DNA of 64,000 nucleotides, from contig CM022665.1 in assembly GCA_012295275.1 (NCBI GenBank), positions 12,462,001 to 12,526,000 of the forward strand, given 5' to 3'. The notes beneath the pieces were generated by a model that saw only the letters and a program-made list of their open reading frames with translations, did no database searches and was not told where the DNA came from. The position numbers were made by a program, and so were the translations under genes. This document shows positions 41,911 through 54,889 of this stretch, in pieces (positions within the stretch are counted from its first letter, which is position 1; each line of letters starts with the position of its first letter). The stretch is from Chrysomallon squamiferum (lineage: Eukaryota > Animalia > Mollusca).

Positions 41911-43899
41911 TCAAGGACTAGTTACAAACGCTTTACTTCTAACATCAAAATTGTTATATGACCTGCCTTTTTTGTCTCTCGAATAAGACGTTTTGTCGGA
42001 ACCGGGTTTTTCGCTGGTCAAAGAAGCCTTTGGTAAAAGTAATGAATTGTCTGTTTGCGTAGATTTTTGCATACTCCCATCAGTGGGGTCCTCATTAGCC
42101 AAGGCTGACGATGTTCCGTTTTGTGAAGATGTAGAAGAACCGGACGGTTTATTATTTTGACCACCTCCAAATTCAGAACTGTTTTTGATTTTTGGTAGAA
42201 TTAAAACAGGTTTTTCTGATCCAGTTTCCATTCCGCGGCCTTGTTCTTCTACCGAAGACCTTCCGGATCGGCCACCGTCTTTTTCCTTATTTGCTTCTTC
42301 ATCTGAAATATTTGAATCCTCTTCACGCACTAGATTGCAGATGTTATGAGGTTTAGTTGAAGTGCCTGAAATGGAGTTTTTGTCAGAGTTTTCATAAACA
42401 GTAGATTGAAAGGATTCTTCCATTCGTTCCACTTTACTAGGGCTCTGAGATGGGTTGGCCGGGAGCACAATTGGTTTCTGCTTCGTATTTTCCAAAATTG
42501 CAGGCGGGAGAGAGCTTTCGATCCGTTCCAGTTTCCACATGGGATTACCGCTGCTTTTTGTCTTGCTGCCCGCGTCAGAAATCGAAGTTTTATCCGATCT
42601 TTCAAAAGCGATAGACTGGAAAGAGTCTTCAATTCGTTCAAGCTTCCCTGTGGGCAGTTCTCCGATCTCCATTTGAACCGCTGCCATTTTTCTCATGTTT
42701 CTGTCGAAGTCCATGTTATCGTGAGAGCTGCTCAATCCGCTTGCTTGTCTTTTCCTGCGATTTGCCTCCCTGCCATGTAATAGCATTACCTCTCCTCGCG
42801 TAAGACTCGCCAGCGTGTCAGTCTCGTTAGAACAGAGAGAGACGGGATGGTGAGTTGCAGGCGCAACAAATTCTGATGTAGATTTAAATTCCGTGAGACG
42901 TCGGCATTCCTGGAGTCTAAGCTCCAATTCAAAAGTCAGTTTTCGTTCAACATTAGTCGGTCTCCCTCTGTTATTTAGTATCTGGAAAGCGTTCTTTATT
43001 CGACCTATATGAATATGCCCTGACTGTCTGAACGAGGTGTCTGTATTCTTGTCGTATTTGATTTGTTTCATTGGCGATTTAAAATGCTTTCTGCCCCACA
43101 GAATGGATTTAGATGGTTCACCCTCGCTAAGAGCGGGAGATACGTAATATTTTTCTTTTTCCTCACCATACAAACCGAACGACACATTGGCTTTTTTGAA
43201 AGGTGATTCAGGATTGCTGTGATACCCATTTACAGAACGGGGACTGTTATTTCCCGCCCGCGGATTCAGATAAAATAGTTGTTTTATGCTAATGTTTTCT
43301 TTCAGTTTATCTCCTTGTCCATGAATGCACTGCCTTCCAGCACCATTTTTTTCTGATAGCGACTCGTTCAGATTGCTGCTGCTCTTACTAGCATCGTCTT
43401 CCCATTTGTGTGTAATCTCCAGAGTCGTTTTAGTTCTTTCTGCACGCGTTATGAATCCTGGAATAAAATGTGGAGATTTCTGAGGTCGACAGTTGTAACT
43501 GAACTGAGTGGAAGGGTGAATTTTTGTTCGGTTTCTGGAACTCGTGTCCACGTTGAATCTCGATTCCAAATAAGACGGGTTGGGAGTACACGGCAGTCGT
43601 AAGCCTTTGGTATCACAGCTGTCAGTGTGGTGACTGTTTTCACGCGACACGTTCGGAAGTCGTCTGCAGTCCACATTTTCGTCTGCTGTCTGAGCCTGCA
43701 ACTTTAAATAAAATTCGGGCAAACTTTTCTCCCTCCGCCAGACCTTTTTTAAGAACGGTTTCAGTTCGACTATGGGTAAAACTTCCTGCATGCCGCCTTG
43801 CATGGTTTCGACGTTCTCAGTGATTGTAGTTAATGCTGTCTGTTGTTGCTTTCTCTTTCTTCTTTCGTCAACATTATGTTTCCCTTCTTCCTTCGACAT
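41911..43899 (-). CDS. Uncharacterised 662-aa protein, largely low-complexity/disordered, in one coding exon
   Basis: ~2 kb stop-free frame with raised GC; first in-frame ATG (MSKEEG) at 43899; S/K/E-rich; no domain recognised. Confidence 0.85.
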   Translation of the reverse strand: MSKEEGKHNVDERRKRKQQQTALTTITENVETMQGGMQEVLPIVELKPFLKKVWRREKSLPEFYLKLQAQTADENVDCRRLPNVSRENSHHTDSCDTKGLRLPCTPNPSYLESRFNVDTSSRNRTKIHPSTQFSYNCRPQKSPHFIPGFITRAERTKTTLEITHKWEDDASKSSSNLNESLSEKNGAGRQCIHGQGDKLKENISIKQLFYLNPRAGNNSPRSVNGYHSNPESPFKKANVSFGLYGEEKEKYYVSPALSEGEPSKSILWGRKHFKSPMKQIKYDKNTDTSFRQSGHIHIGRIKNAFQILNNRGRPTNVERKLTFELELRLQECRRLTEFKSTSEFVAPATHHPVSLCSNETDTLASLTRGEVMLLHGREANRRKRQASGLSSSHDNMDFDRNMRKMAAVQMEIGELPTGKLERIEDSFQSIAFERSDKTSISDAGSKTKSSGNPMWKLERIESSLPPAILENTKQKPIVLPANPSQSPSKVERMEESFQSTVYENSDKNSISGTSTKPHNICNLVREEDSNISDEEANKEKDGGRSGRSSVEEQGRGMETGSEKPVLILPKIKNSSEFGGGQNNKPSGSSTSSQNGTSSALANEDPTDGSMQKSTQTDNSLLLPKASLTSEKPGSDKTSYSRDKKGRSYNNFDVRSKAFVTSP

Positions 43900-44149
43900 T
43901 ATCACAAACAATCCGGGTGATCACAAACAAACCGACCCTGGAACTGTTCTTCTTCGAATTCGCCATGCGAAACATAACTTTAGTACATACCTCTCGGTTT
44001 AAAAAAACCCACCCAAAACAAACAACAGCGTGGAGTTCTCTACCGAACGACAGAAGAAGAATAAAAAAAGAGATAAAAACTGTTGTCGCTTCGGGTGATA
44101 TATTAAATCCTAAATATCTCACCTTCCTTCTGTCTGGTAATTTAACACT

Positions 44150-44420
44150 TCTCGGCGCGCTGGAGTCGCCGTTAAATTAATTCGTGTACGAATTTCTCTA
44201 TAGCGACGTATACTCGAGTAAGAACACGGGTATGGTACGTATGCCAAAGCCAACGTCCAATCGCGGTTTACGCTCGGATTGGCGTATTCACCGAGACAGT
44301 CAATATTACATTAAAGGGGGTGTTTAGTACGTAGACTAGTAACGGAGGCCGACTCAGAGACAGACGAGCGTGGCAACTAACGAAACAATGATTATCATAA
44401 TACCTCTTTGTTGGAAACCA
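44150..44420 (-). promoter_or_regulatory. Candidate promoter of the 662-aa gene
   Basis: CpG-rich patch with opposed CCAAT boxes (CCAATC at 44257, GATTGG at 44277) and a TGGCAAC RFX half-site at ~44371. Confidence 0.4.
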
Positions 44421-44550
44421 TCGATCCGCTAAAGATCCTCTTTGGTCGTGATAAAAATAATTAAATGAGCCGAACTATTTGAAACGAAGTGGTCCGTTTG
44501 TTGCAAAATTGTATCCACTGTGAATTTTTGTAAATTTATTTTGACATGCG

Positions 44551-44551
44551 A

Positions 44552-44620
<69 letters not shown>
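44551..44620. repeat. (ATT)n microsatellite
   Basis: Directly visible. Confidence 0.95.
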
Positions 44621-45572
44621 ATTATATGTGGGTTTTCATGTATTTTACATTATTATTATTTCCATTTTAATTTTTTATTATTATTATTAATATAAATATT
44701 ATAGTTATTGTTTAATGTGTAAATAACCCACAGATTTGTTGATTTTTCTTATCAGTTAAAAAGTGATAGCTGTGTAGTAAATATAATGCATGGATGTAAG
44801 TATGTATGTATGTCTGCACGTATGAATGTATGTACGTATGTATGTGTTCATGTGTGCATGTGTGTATGTATGTACATATGATTGTATGTGTTTGTGCGTA
44901 TGTGCACTTATGCATGCAACCGTGTATAGTTTTCGTTATAAGTATTAAGTAATGAAACGTATGCATGCATTTCAAATAAGAAAATCCCGTTCTACGTATT
45001 TGACTCTAGATGACCGGCATATCCATAAAGCCAATTGTGAACCATCCGACTGTGTTTTATTGTTATTGACAAATGATGATTAAGATATTGCTGCAAGATG
45101 TATAACATAATCCCTTCGACCTGACAGAAATCACGTAGGTAGCATATCTAAAGAAGTGATCATTTTCACGAATAAAGGGTTTAACGGGTGTATCGCAGAA
45201 AATCATTATGATTTAACGGTAATATATTGCTGGTGCCGTTATCATTTAAAGTATGGTATCTGTGTTAATACTGTAGTTTTAATAGTAATAGTGGTATTAG
45301 CAGTAGCAGTGATGAATAACACCACCACCACTCACAACAGAATCAACAATATTCATCATAACAATAATAATAATCATTGTTATAACAGAAATCAAAAAAT
45401 AACAGCAACAATTATAATAATAAAAATCAGAAATAACAACAGTTATAATAACAAAAAAAAAATAATAATAATTAAACAGTTCTCAATTGCTGAGCCGTCT
45501 GGTATGTATTGTTTTAATAAAAATAAATAAATAATATATATAAAGAATGGAATAAAAACAACCAAACTAAAA

Positions 45573-45613
<41 letters not shown>

Positions 45614-45997
45614 GTATGTATGTATTTATGTATGTATTCCCCCCCCACTCCGCCAAAAGGACAAAAAGTACATATATATTTTTCTCTTATAATAACATAT
45701 GCATTTCTATTACTTTCCATTGGTAATAACATATCAAAAACACGCCGACAATATATTCCACATTCACCTAATCCCCTGTTTGTAATGATCTGTTTGAAAG
45801 ACTGACGTTATATCAAATCCGATTAATAACCAACATATAACTGCATAAATCTGAAAACAGCTGAGAACAAACCTCTATCTTGTATTAAGTGGCTGTGTCA
45901 ACCTTATTGGAGTTTTTTCTTTTCTTTTCACTTTTATAAATCAATATTCCCATGACACTAGACGATTTTTTTTTTTTTTTTTTTTTTCCTACATCTG

Positions 45998-46270
45998 TTC
46001 TTAAATATATATCTTGTTTTTCATGTTTACTTCTTCAAAGAAACCTCTGCGTAAATCTATATCTTGTTTTTCGTATCAATTTTTTTCAAAGATACCCGTC
46101 CTTAAATATAAATCTTGTTTTATATATCTATTTCTTCAGAAATAGTCCTCCATAAAGATACACACACGCACGCCCGCACGCACGCACGTACGCACACATG
46201 CATATATATACTTGTATACCATTTTATATATCTACTTCTTCAGAGACACCCGTCCTTACATATATACATA
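45998..46270. repeat. Degenerate ~50 bp tandem repeat (about 4 copies)
   Basis: Recurring ATAT.TCTTGTTTT...CTTCTTCA.AGA.ACCCGTCCTTA unit. Confidence 0.7.
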
Positions 46271-46582
46271 TATCTCTTTTTAAAATCTATTTCTTGGTAA
46301 TACTGCCTTTAGTGAAATGCCTCGACTTATGCTTTTACTTAATTTTCGTGTAGATTATTAAAATGTTTCAAGATCTGTTTCCATTAAATATCTGAAGGTG
46401 TATTATATACTCTGTCGTACCTTTTAAGATCTTTTGCCTTTCTGTCATACATTATTGTGCAAATATATCGAATTAATATATATTCTATCCCAACATGCCA
46501 TATAAATTACTTTTAAGAATCATTAAAATAATTTTCTGTTTTGACGCTGCAAATAAATAAATCAACTGAAACAGAATAAAAA

Positions 46583-46671
<89 letters not shown>

Positions 46672-47604
46672 GCCATACCCTTGTTGTTTCATACGAAACA
46701 CGCTTTGTGCTTGTGTTTCCCAAGTACTAATGAAAATAAATAATTATTTTGTTAGGAGGAATCTCATGTGAAGAGCTTTTATGTCACTGAATGGTTTACT
46801 TCGGTTTACACGGCTGTCTGCCGCACTTAGCAACGTCATGTTCAAGATTGATCGTATTTCAAATAAAATCCTAGCGTAAACACACCAAATGTAGTACGTT
46901 ATTTATTATTATTAAGACGCTAGTGGAGAGACATGATGAACTTGACGAAGGTTTTAGGCGACGTATGGATGGATGGCTATTTCTCGCTTTTAAATGATTA
47001 AATTTTGTACAGAGAGCAGCCAGACAGAAGAAAGAAATGATTTAGTAATAGACGCTGTTGACATATTTTCAATATTCTGTTATATAAGGCGTTGAGCATA
47101 ATAATTATTAAAGTGTTCGTTTGATTTTACGAAGAAATAGTCTAAATATACTTTGCATACTTCAATGTTATGTTTTATTCTTTTCTTTTATCCGTTCAGT
47201 GTTAATTAACACGGAATTTTTTTCAACCAAAAAGTGTAGTTTAGAAATACCTGAGAGCCACCATTTTTCTGTTATCGTTTAGTCTTCTTGTACAGAGGAA
47301 AATAAATAAATAATTTGCTATAACATTTTTTCAAATGTTAGAACAAAATGCAGCTATCTGTCCGCCAAGTACGCAATGACGTCACGACACAATAAAATCT
47401 TGAGAAGGAGGTAAAATGGCGGCGTTCAAATGATCTGTATTATTGTATTGTAACATTCAGTTATGAAGTATGATAGGTCGCCCAAAACAATAACATAGTA
47501 ATTTAGAAGTATAAAGGATATTTTTTCGGACGATACTTTCCTACCGCTTCAGTTAGACTTTAAGGAATTAATAAACAACGAAAGACGATACCTGAGGTTT
47601 TTTT

Positions 47605-47690
47605 TTCTATTAACAGCAGCTTATCTTTTACAGGCACGGTGCCACTGACAGGATAGTACATACCATGCCGTTTGATAAACCAAGTTATAT
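47605..47690 (-). mobile_element. Degenerate SINE fragment (mollusc-like core)
   Basis: GACAGGATAGTACATACCATGCCGTTTGATAAACCA resembles a gastropod tRNA-SINE body from recall; not verified by search. Confidence 0.35.
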
Positions 47691-47719
47691 TAACATTTGT
47701 TTATTAATTACATCTAACT

Positions 47720-48019
47720 CAGGGGTCGGTAAAGCGGACATAATCATCCCGTGGGGTTCTATGAGATTATCCAAGGGGTCGATAAATGAATAGAGCTCAA
47801 AAGAGGGAATACGAACTGAGAAGGAAAAAAACAAAAGCAAACGATGAAATAAATGTTATCTAGGATAAGTAATGAAGTAAAAGGGCGAACAAATTATTAC
47901 CTTTAAATAGATACATTTATTTATTTATTTATTTTTTGTTATATGTCTTGAGGTCGATGAGAGAGATCAAGGATTCCATAAAGAGGTAGATGGTCTAAAA
48001 TGAATTTGCTGACCCCTTG
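47720..48019. mobile_element. hAT-superfamily MITE (300 bp)
   Basis: TIRs CAGGGGTCGGTAAA / TTTGCTGACCCCTTG; perfect 8-bp TSD ATCTAACT at 47712-47719 and 48020-48027. Confidence 0.92.
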
Positions 48020-48869
48020 ATCTAACTTAATAACTTAGAACAAACTGTCAGACTAATCTAACTTCACATACTCCTTCTAATTCTTACTTTGTTCAGTATT
48101 ATAATAATACGACAATACAATGATTCTTCCTTGGGTGTTCTGTACACGTCAACAACAAAGCAAAAATCTCAGTTTATCAGTACAGCACATATATGTCATA
48201 GATAACATCGGCAAGTTATCGTATATCACAGAAACACTGCTTGATTAATTCATAAAGTTATTCTTCCCTAAATAATAATGGAAAAAAACTGAAGATAATT
48301 GGCGATTATCGCAGATTATCACATGGTAGGTTGGACTGAATTAGCATACGGTTAGGCGGTTACGATTGAAGATAAAATTATAAAATTATGAGTAGGACAA
48401 AATGGTAAATTATTGTCTTTGCTAATGATAGTATTTACTAATATATGATTCATAAATAATAATACCAGTACATATATTTATATGTTCAATTACTATGATA
48501 TGTTTTAATATACATTTTTACAGCGTATGACTAATACATGTAATACTAAAGTTAGTACATATTTACGTCATATAAACATATATATGACTAACACTTGAAT
48601 ATATTTGTATACAGTTAAGCTTACTCATTTAATGAATACATCATTTAAATACAGATCTACATAAATATATATAAATGCTTCATATATAAATATACATAAT
48701 ACCAATATGCATTTATATGAATGTACACATGACTAAATGCTGTAAATAAATGCACAGTTATGAATACGGTATTTACATAATTATATGCATATATATAAGC
48801 TATTTACAATAATTATATATACATAAATAGCATGCAGCTGTATACAAATTATAGAAATATTTATGAAGA

Positions 48870-49093
48870 CATGGCCGTAACTAGACTCTTTTTGAAATGA
48901 GGCAAAAACACTTTATCGCCGAGCGGAGCGGGGCAAAAAACATTTGGGCGATGTTTTGAATGTGGATATCGTTTCTATCCGAATAGAGATTTCTATTTTA
49001 TTTTTTTCAATAAAATGTTTGTATAAATGTTGTTGTTTTTTTAAATAAAAAAATTGCCTTTGCCTCATTTACTTCAATGTAGTTACGGCCAAG
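48870..49093. mobile_element. MITE (hAT-like termini)
   Basis: TIR CATGGCCGTAACTA / TAGTTACGGCCAAG (13 of 14 match) plus subterminal AAATGAGGCAAA / TTTGCCTCATTT; no clear TSD. Confidence 0.75.
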
Positions 49094-49234
49094 GAAGGAA
49101 TAAGCTTTTTTATACAGTTACAACGTTTGTTTATTTATGAATCAACTTCAGCTTATAATGTTTATTCATTTATGTACGTGTTGTTTGTTTTTATTTAGTT
49201 GTTTAATTATTTATTTAATTTAATTTGTTTTATT

Positions 49235-49259
49235 TGTTGTTGTTGTTGTTGTTGTTCTT

Positions 49260-49340
<81 letters not shown>
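49235..49340. repeat. Compound (GTT)n(CTT)n(ATT)n microsatellite
   Basis: Directly visible. Confidence 0.95.
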
Positions 49341-50750
49341 TGTTTACGGAGTATTGACAAATTTCTCTATTTCTTTATTTGTAACAACGTTTAGTTACAT
49401 TTCATATCCCTCCTGGAGTTTAGCATAAAAGCTAACCTTATTTATTTTCCTTAACAATATCAATACATAAAGAAATAATCTGTGCAATTTTTAATATATA
49501 TATATATACTTAATATTGACGCAAAAGCGATAACCGGTCTTTGAAAATATTTGTTTAACTTTAATTTCACGTCGTTATCGCTGTTATAATCGTATCATTG
49601 AAATATAATATATGAACCAATGGAACTGAATCTACGCTATACTATAATGAATGCACTCTTATGAAGATCAGTGTGAAAGACGATTGTGTGCTTGTCACCC
49701 TGTTCATACTGCCAGTAGATATGACAGTTGCGTTTTTGGTCAGCGAAACTTAATATTGCACGCCATCAAACATTAATGACGGTTACATGTTACAAGGGGA
49801 ATAGTGTTAGTGGTGGTGTATGGGTAGAGAGTTTATCGGTCACAGATCGAGATAACAGGCACTGTCAGTACATCTCTACAGATACTGTTGTTATTTGGTG
49901 GGGTTTTTTGGGGGGGATTTGGACGTTTAACCTTCGAGCAATGCGTCAGACAGATAAAATATATTTATAGCGTATACAATGTGGAGCATGACCCTGTGTT
50001 TACTTAGACTTACAGATATTTACACTGTGTATGAGCGCGTCTGTGTGTGTGTGTGTGTGTGCGTGTGTGTGTGTGTGTGCGCGCGCGCCTTCGATCATCT
50101 GCTCTCTGTCTTTATTTCTTTTAAGTATCCTATTCTCTGTCTCAGAATCTAAATGTACATGTTCTCTGTTTCTCTCTCATTCTTTTTATTTCTCCATTTC
50201 CTTATTATCTCTCTTTCTCTCATTCCATAAATTCATAAAATCGTGTTATGAAATGTAAAAAGGAAAATCTTAGTCAATATGTTTTAGTTTATTTAATTTA
50301 ATTTGCATATACTTGCTTGTTTTATTTTTATTTTTATTTATTTTTTAATTTTAACTTTGTTTATATATATATATTATTATATTATTATTATTATTATTTA
50401 CTCTTTTTTATTTTTCTATAATTATTGGTTTCGACATTGAAAAAATTGAAATGAGGCTCAGTCTTCTTTGCCTTTTTGTATTTATTTATTTTTCTTCATT
50501 AATAAACTATCTTTTAGTTGACTATATAATTATTTTGTTTTAAACGAGCGAAAAAGAAAATTATTCTCTTTATCGCTACATACATAATATTCGGAATAAT
50601 ATTATTAAATTAATTACTACTAAATAAATAATTCGACTAATTTTATACTTTTATCAAATCAAAATAAAACATAATTATTTCATTACTTAATTTATTTTTT
50701 ATTTTTATTTCTATTTATTTACTTTGTTTGAAATTTTTATTTTAAAAATA

Positions 50751-50838
<88 letters not shown>

Positions 50839-51210
50839 ATTATAGTTAAACCGTAGGCCTGATTATACGTTTGTAAGCACCTGTATGTGTGTGTTGTGAA
50901 CTTGCGTATGTGTGACGATTTATTATATTATATATCATATCATATTATATCAGAGTGTAGTATAGTATTATAAGGAATGCACATGCTAGAGTGCGCTAAT
51001 GCATGTATTTAATATCGTCAAAATATAAAAAGTAATAGTCAAAAATAACGAATAAAGTTCCTTCAACGGAGTCAAAGTGTCGAGAATCTGATTATTAATA
51101 TTTAATGTTATGGGATCAAACTGTGAAAAAGAACTGATAAAGGAAATTTATACGACAGTAAGCTAAGGTGCCGATGTTAAGAAGAGCGGGACGGTAAAAA
51201 TCCATTCATG

Positions 51211-51684
51211 GTTGTCTCCCATTTGTTACACGTCCCATTTGTTACACACCCAGTTGATACACAGTCAGCTTAAGGACTAACCAAGCAAACCCCTGTAATA
51301 TTAGTGAAACAGTCACTGGCTCAACATTGCTTTACACTTTTATATACTGATATGTACTGTAACACTGTAAAAAAAAAAAATATATATATATATATATGCC
51401 CTAGTGCAGCATATATCATTCATATGTGCTAAATGTGACATATTAATTCATATTATTCTTGTGTTATGTGACTGAATTTATAATAAATGTATATTTGTGT
51501 TCTTCTTTCTTAACTGTTAGTAGCGGTTTACTTAATTATTCCCTAAGCTGATTTTGTAACAGTTAAGAAGATGCGCCATTATTGCATGTTTGGTAAAAGG
51601 CAGATGATCAGCAGATCACTCAGCCATGACCTGTGTCGTTATATGGTGTGCGACACATGGGATGTGTAGCAAATGGGATGATAC
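51211..51684. mobile_element. MITE with ~40-55 bp internally repetitive TIRs
   Basis: Left TCCCATTTGTTACACGTCCCATTTGTTACACAC versus reverse complement of the right end TCCCATTTGCTACACATCCCATGTGTCGCACAC. Confidence 0.8.
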
Positions 51685-52463
51685 AGAAGAGACGACAGGT
51701 AAAATATGTATGAAACGAAGAAAGAAAAAATGTATTGTCTGAAGAAAAATAGCTAATGAACAAGTAATTGAAAGAAGGAAGAAAAGAGTGAATGAATTAA
51801 AGAATTATTGTTTTTATGACCCCCAAAAAAATTAAAGAAAAAATAAATCAGTGAATGAATTAACAAATGAATAGACTAAAGAATGTATGAAAGATTTTTT
51901 ATTCGAGCTAAAGAAAGAATAAGATGTATGCAAATGAATGTGACTGCGAGTGAAAGAACAAAGAGGAAATAGCTAGAACAAAGCTCAGAATTTATACAAA
52001 TGTATATTGTTTGTTTTTTGGTTTTGTTTGCTTCGTTTGTTTTAAATCATATTTGGGAATTTTCTTCTTTTGTTGATGTTACTGTTGTTTACTTCTCTGT
52101 GTGAGAGAGAGAGAGAGACTGAATAAAAAATTAGCAATTCATGGTGTATACACGTTCATTCCAAACTTTATTATCCATTTTTAAATATTTTCCTCTCTAG
52201 CTGAGCAGTTTACTAAATATTTCTCGGTTGGTGTTTGGGATAAAATGTCAAGATGACTAATCGACATTTCTTTTGGATACTGTTTAAAATATAACTGTTT
52301 ACGCAGTGACCCTCGCTCAGACAGTAGTATAGAGAGTGTTTCATACATGAATATTAATTGATAAAAAAGAAAATAAAAAAAAAGAATTAAAATAAATAAA
52401 TAAGTAAACAGACAAATTTATACAAATACAAATATAAATAAATAAATAAATAAAAATAAATAA

Positions 52464-52502
<39 letters not shown>

Positions 52503-54599
52503 AAATTATTTTTCTCTTAATAATTATATTTAGTAAACAAAATTTGTTCTAGTGAATACTGAGCATCATAATAATTATGGCATTTATGAATATTAAAGAC
52601 TTTTTGAACTGGATGGAATAACGTCTAAATAAGATTTTCATACTGGTTTTCAATATTATTTTTCCCTTCACCAGAAAACGATAAACGGAGTTGTTTCCCT
52701 CTAACTACATGAAACATTATTTATTGTACATTTATTTTATTTTATTTTATTTTATTTTATTTTTTTTAGTTTAGTTTATTTTAGTTCATTTTATTTTATT
52801 TTATTTTTTATCATTTACTTATTTGCTTATTTACTTTTTTATTCTTTTATTTTTTATTTTTTTATAAATTGTATTTAATCATTTTTTATTTATTCTTTCA
52901 TTCATTCATTCATTTTATTTTTATTCTTATTTATTTATGTATTTATTTATTAAAAGTCTAGCAGAAAAGCAACTTGCTAGTGAAAAGTGTATTCTATACA
53001 AGCATTTTATGAAAATTAAGTGAATTAATAAAGTTCAAACAGACACTGTTTTAAAAGTGAATTAATTTGTATCTGTTAAATACAATTTCCTTCTTTATTT
53101 TTCATCGTTTATTTTATATTTCAAGTTAAAGATTTAGCCTGTATCAAGAAATCCGACAAATCACGAAATCCGGAGAGTTGAAACCCGTTTCCACTAGTCT
53201 GCTGGTCAAGTCAATCGACTGGAAGCAGCTAGGGATCCATTGAACATGTGTACACAACGGCATACAAAGGCGTGCGCACGCGCGCACCCTCTCGCGCACT
53301 CGCACACACACACAGTGTAAAACAGGAAATTATAGTTAGCCGCCTTTGATATACTGTCGTGGGAATATGGTAGGAAAGCGAAATTACCAAACAAGAAAAT
53401 GTTCAGCTATTTAGTACGTTTTAAACAAGCAGTCTAATAATCATCTTTTCTAAATGCGCTTTTATTGCTAAGATTAAGTATTTAGATATTTTAATAGTTG
53501 TAGTAATAGTAGTAGCAGTAGGAGTAATGGTGATGGTAGTAGCAGTAACAGTAATAGTAGTAGTAGTGGAAATTGTAGGAGTTACTGGTGTTGTAGTATA
53601 GTAATAGTTTTTGTTGCTGCTGTTATTGTTATTTTTGTTATAATTGTTGCTATTATTGTTATTGTTGCAGTAGTAGTAGTTGTTATCGTTGAAGTCATAA
53701 CTATGGTAACAGAACTAGCATATTGATAATTGTTATTTGTTTTTTTTTTCTTGTAATAGTAGTAATTGCAGTAGTGGAAAAAGTAGTGGTAGTTGTTGTT
53801 ACTATTGTCTTTGTTGTTGTTGTTAATAATAATGATGATGTTTACCATAGCAACGCTGCCATTGTAATTAAATAAGTCATTTTGGTAACTAAATAAATTA
53901 AATAGTTACAAAATAAGTTTCCCAAAAATGAATACGTTAATTACATTTCTTCATTAGAGTAAAAATAAATATATATGACAACTATGACATTAAAATAGGT
54001 AATTAGAGAAAGAAATGACAGTTAAATATGGCAGTTTCGACTTTCGTTACACTGAGGGATATTGATTACAAATTATCGGTTTCACCAAGCAGAAACATAT
54101 GCAGTGACTGGAACCAGAATTCAAACTGTGAAGAAATAATATTAATTACATTTTCTGTTTATAGACCGTAGTCCTAACTGACAAGTAATCGATTCCTTTG
54201 AAACGTCACTCTCTCTCTCTCTCTCGTTTATTTCATTACGTATCAAAGCATAATCATTTCACCTTTTTCTTTCATTTTTACTTTAGCGTAAACAACGATA
54301 TAAATGCCTCTTTTTATACTTTTCTATTGACACGACTCAGAAAAGAAGAGTTTATTAAATCTCCATGCTTTGTTGAAGTCGAGAACATAAAAGATTTACG
54401 TTCGAACAAACACAAAAAGGTGAAATAAGAACACTGAAAAGTAAAACAGTTAAAGGATATTTTTTTCTTTTTTTTTTTTTTTTTTTTCCCTCAGCATTAC
54501 TATTGTCACTTGCCTGTTTTTGAATAGACAGCCAGAGACTAGGACAATTGTGTACTTAATAGAAAGTGTTCATAATAACAACATTTCTCATCCGACTTT

Positions 54600-54769
54600 C
54601 CTGTTTGATTAAGATTACATACCTGAAAGGCGGGGAAAGTGAACAAATATATTTGTTTTGCGGTCCCAGCTTTGCGGAACGGATCATTTTAAAACTTAGC
54701 TGCGAAACGCAAAGGTTCGACAGTTTGCTGTGTAGGTAGTTCTACGTGTTTTACAGTTAGGCTGAAGAG
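54600..54769 (+). promoter_or_regulatory. Candidate promoter / non-coding first exon of the 291-aa gene
   Basis: CpG patch with a GGCGGGG box; strong donor GAG|GTAAGC at 54770; the downstream CDS exon starts at an acceptor. Confidence 0.4.
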
Positions 54770-54889
54770 GTAAGCTTTGTGTTTGTTAAAGTAATTTGAT
54801 TTAAACAAAATTAAATGATATGTCTATAATTGTTTCATTAAAAAGAATTCTAAGTTGTTCATTAGATCGTGAAATAAAAACTTTTAAAT

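Noticed and set aside
42330-43676. Short ORFs overlapping the 662-aa gene
   Set aside because: Shadow frames of a real coding region.
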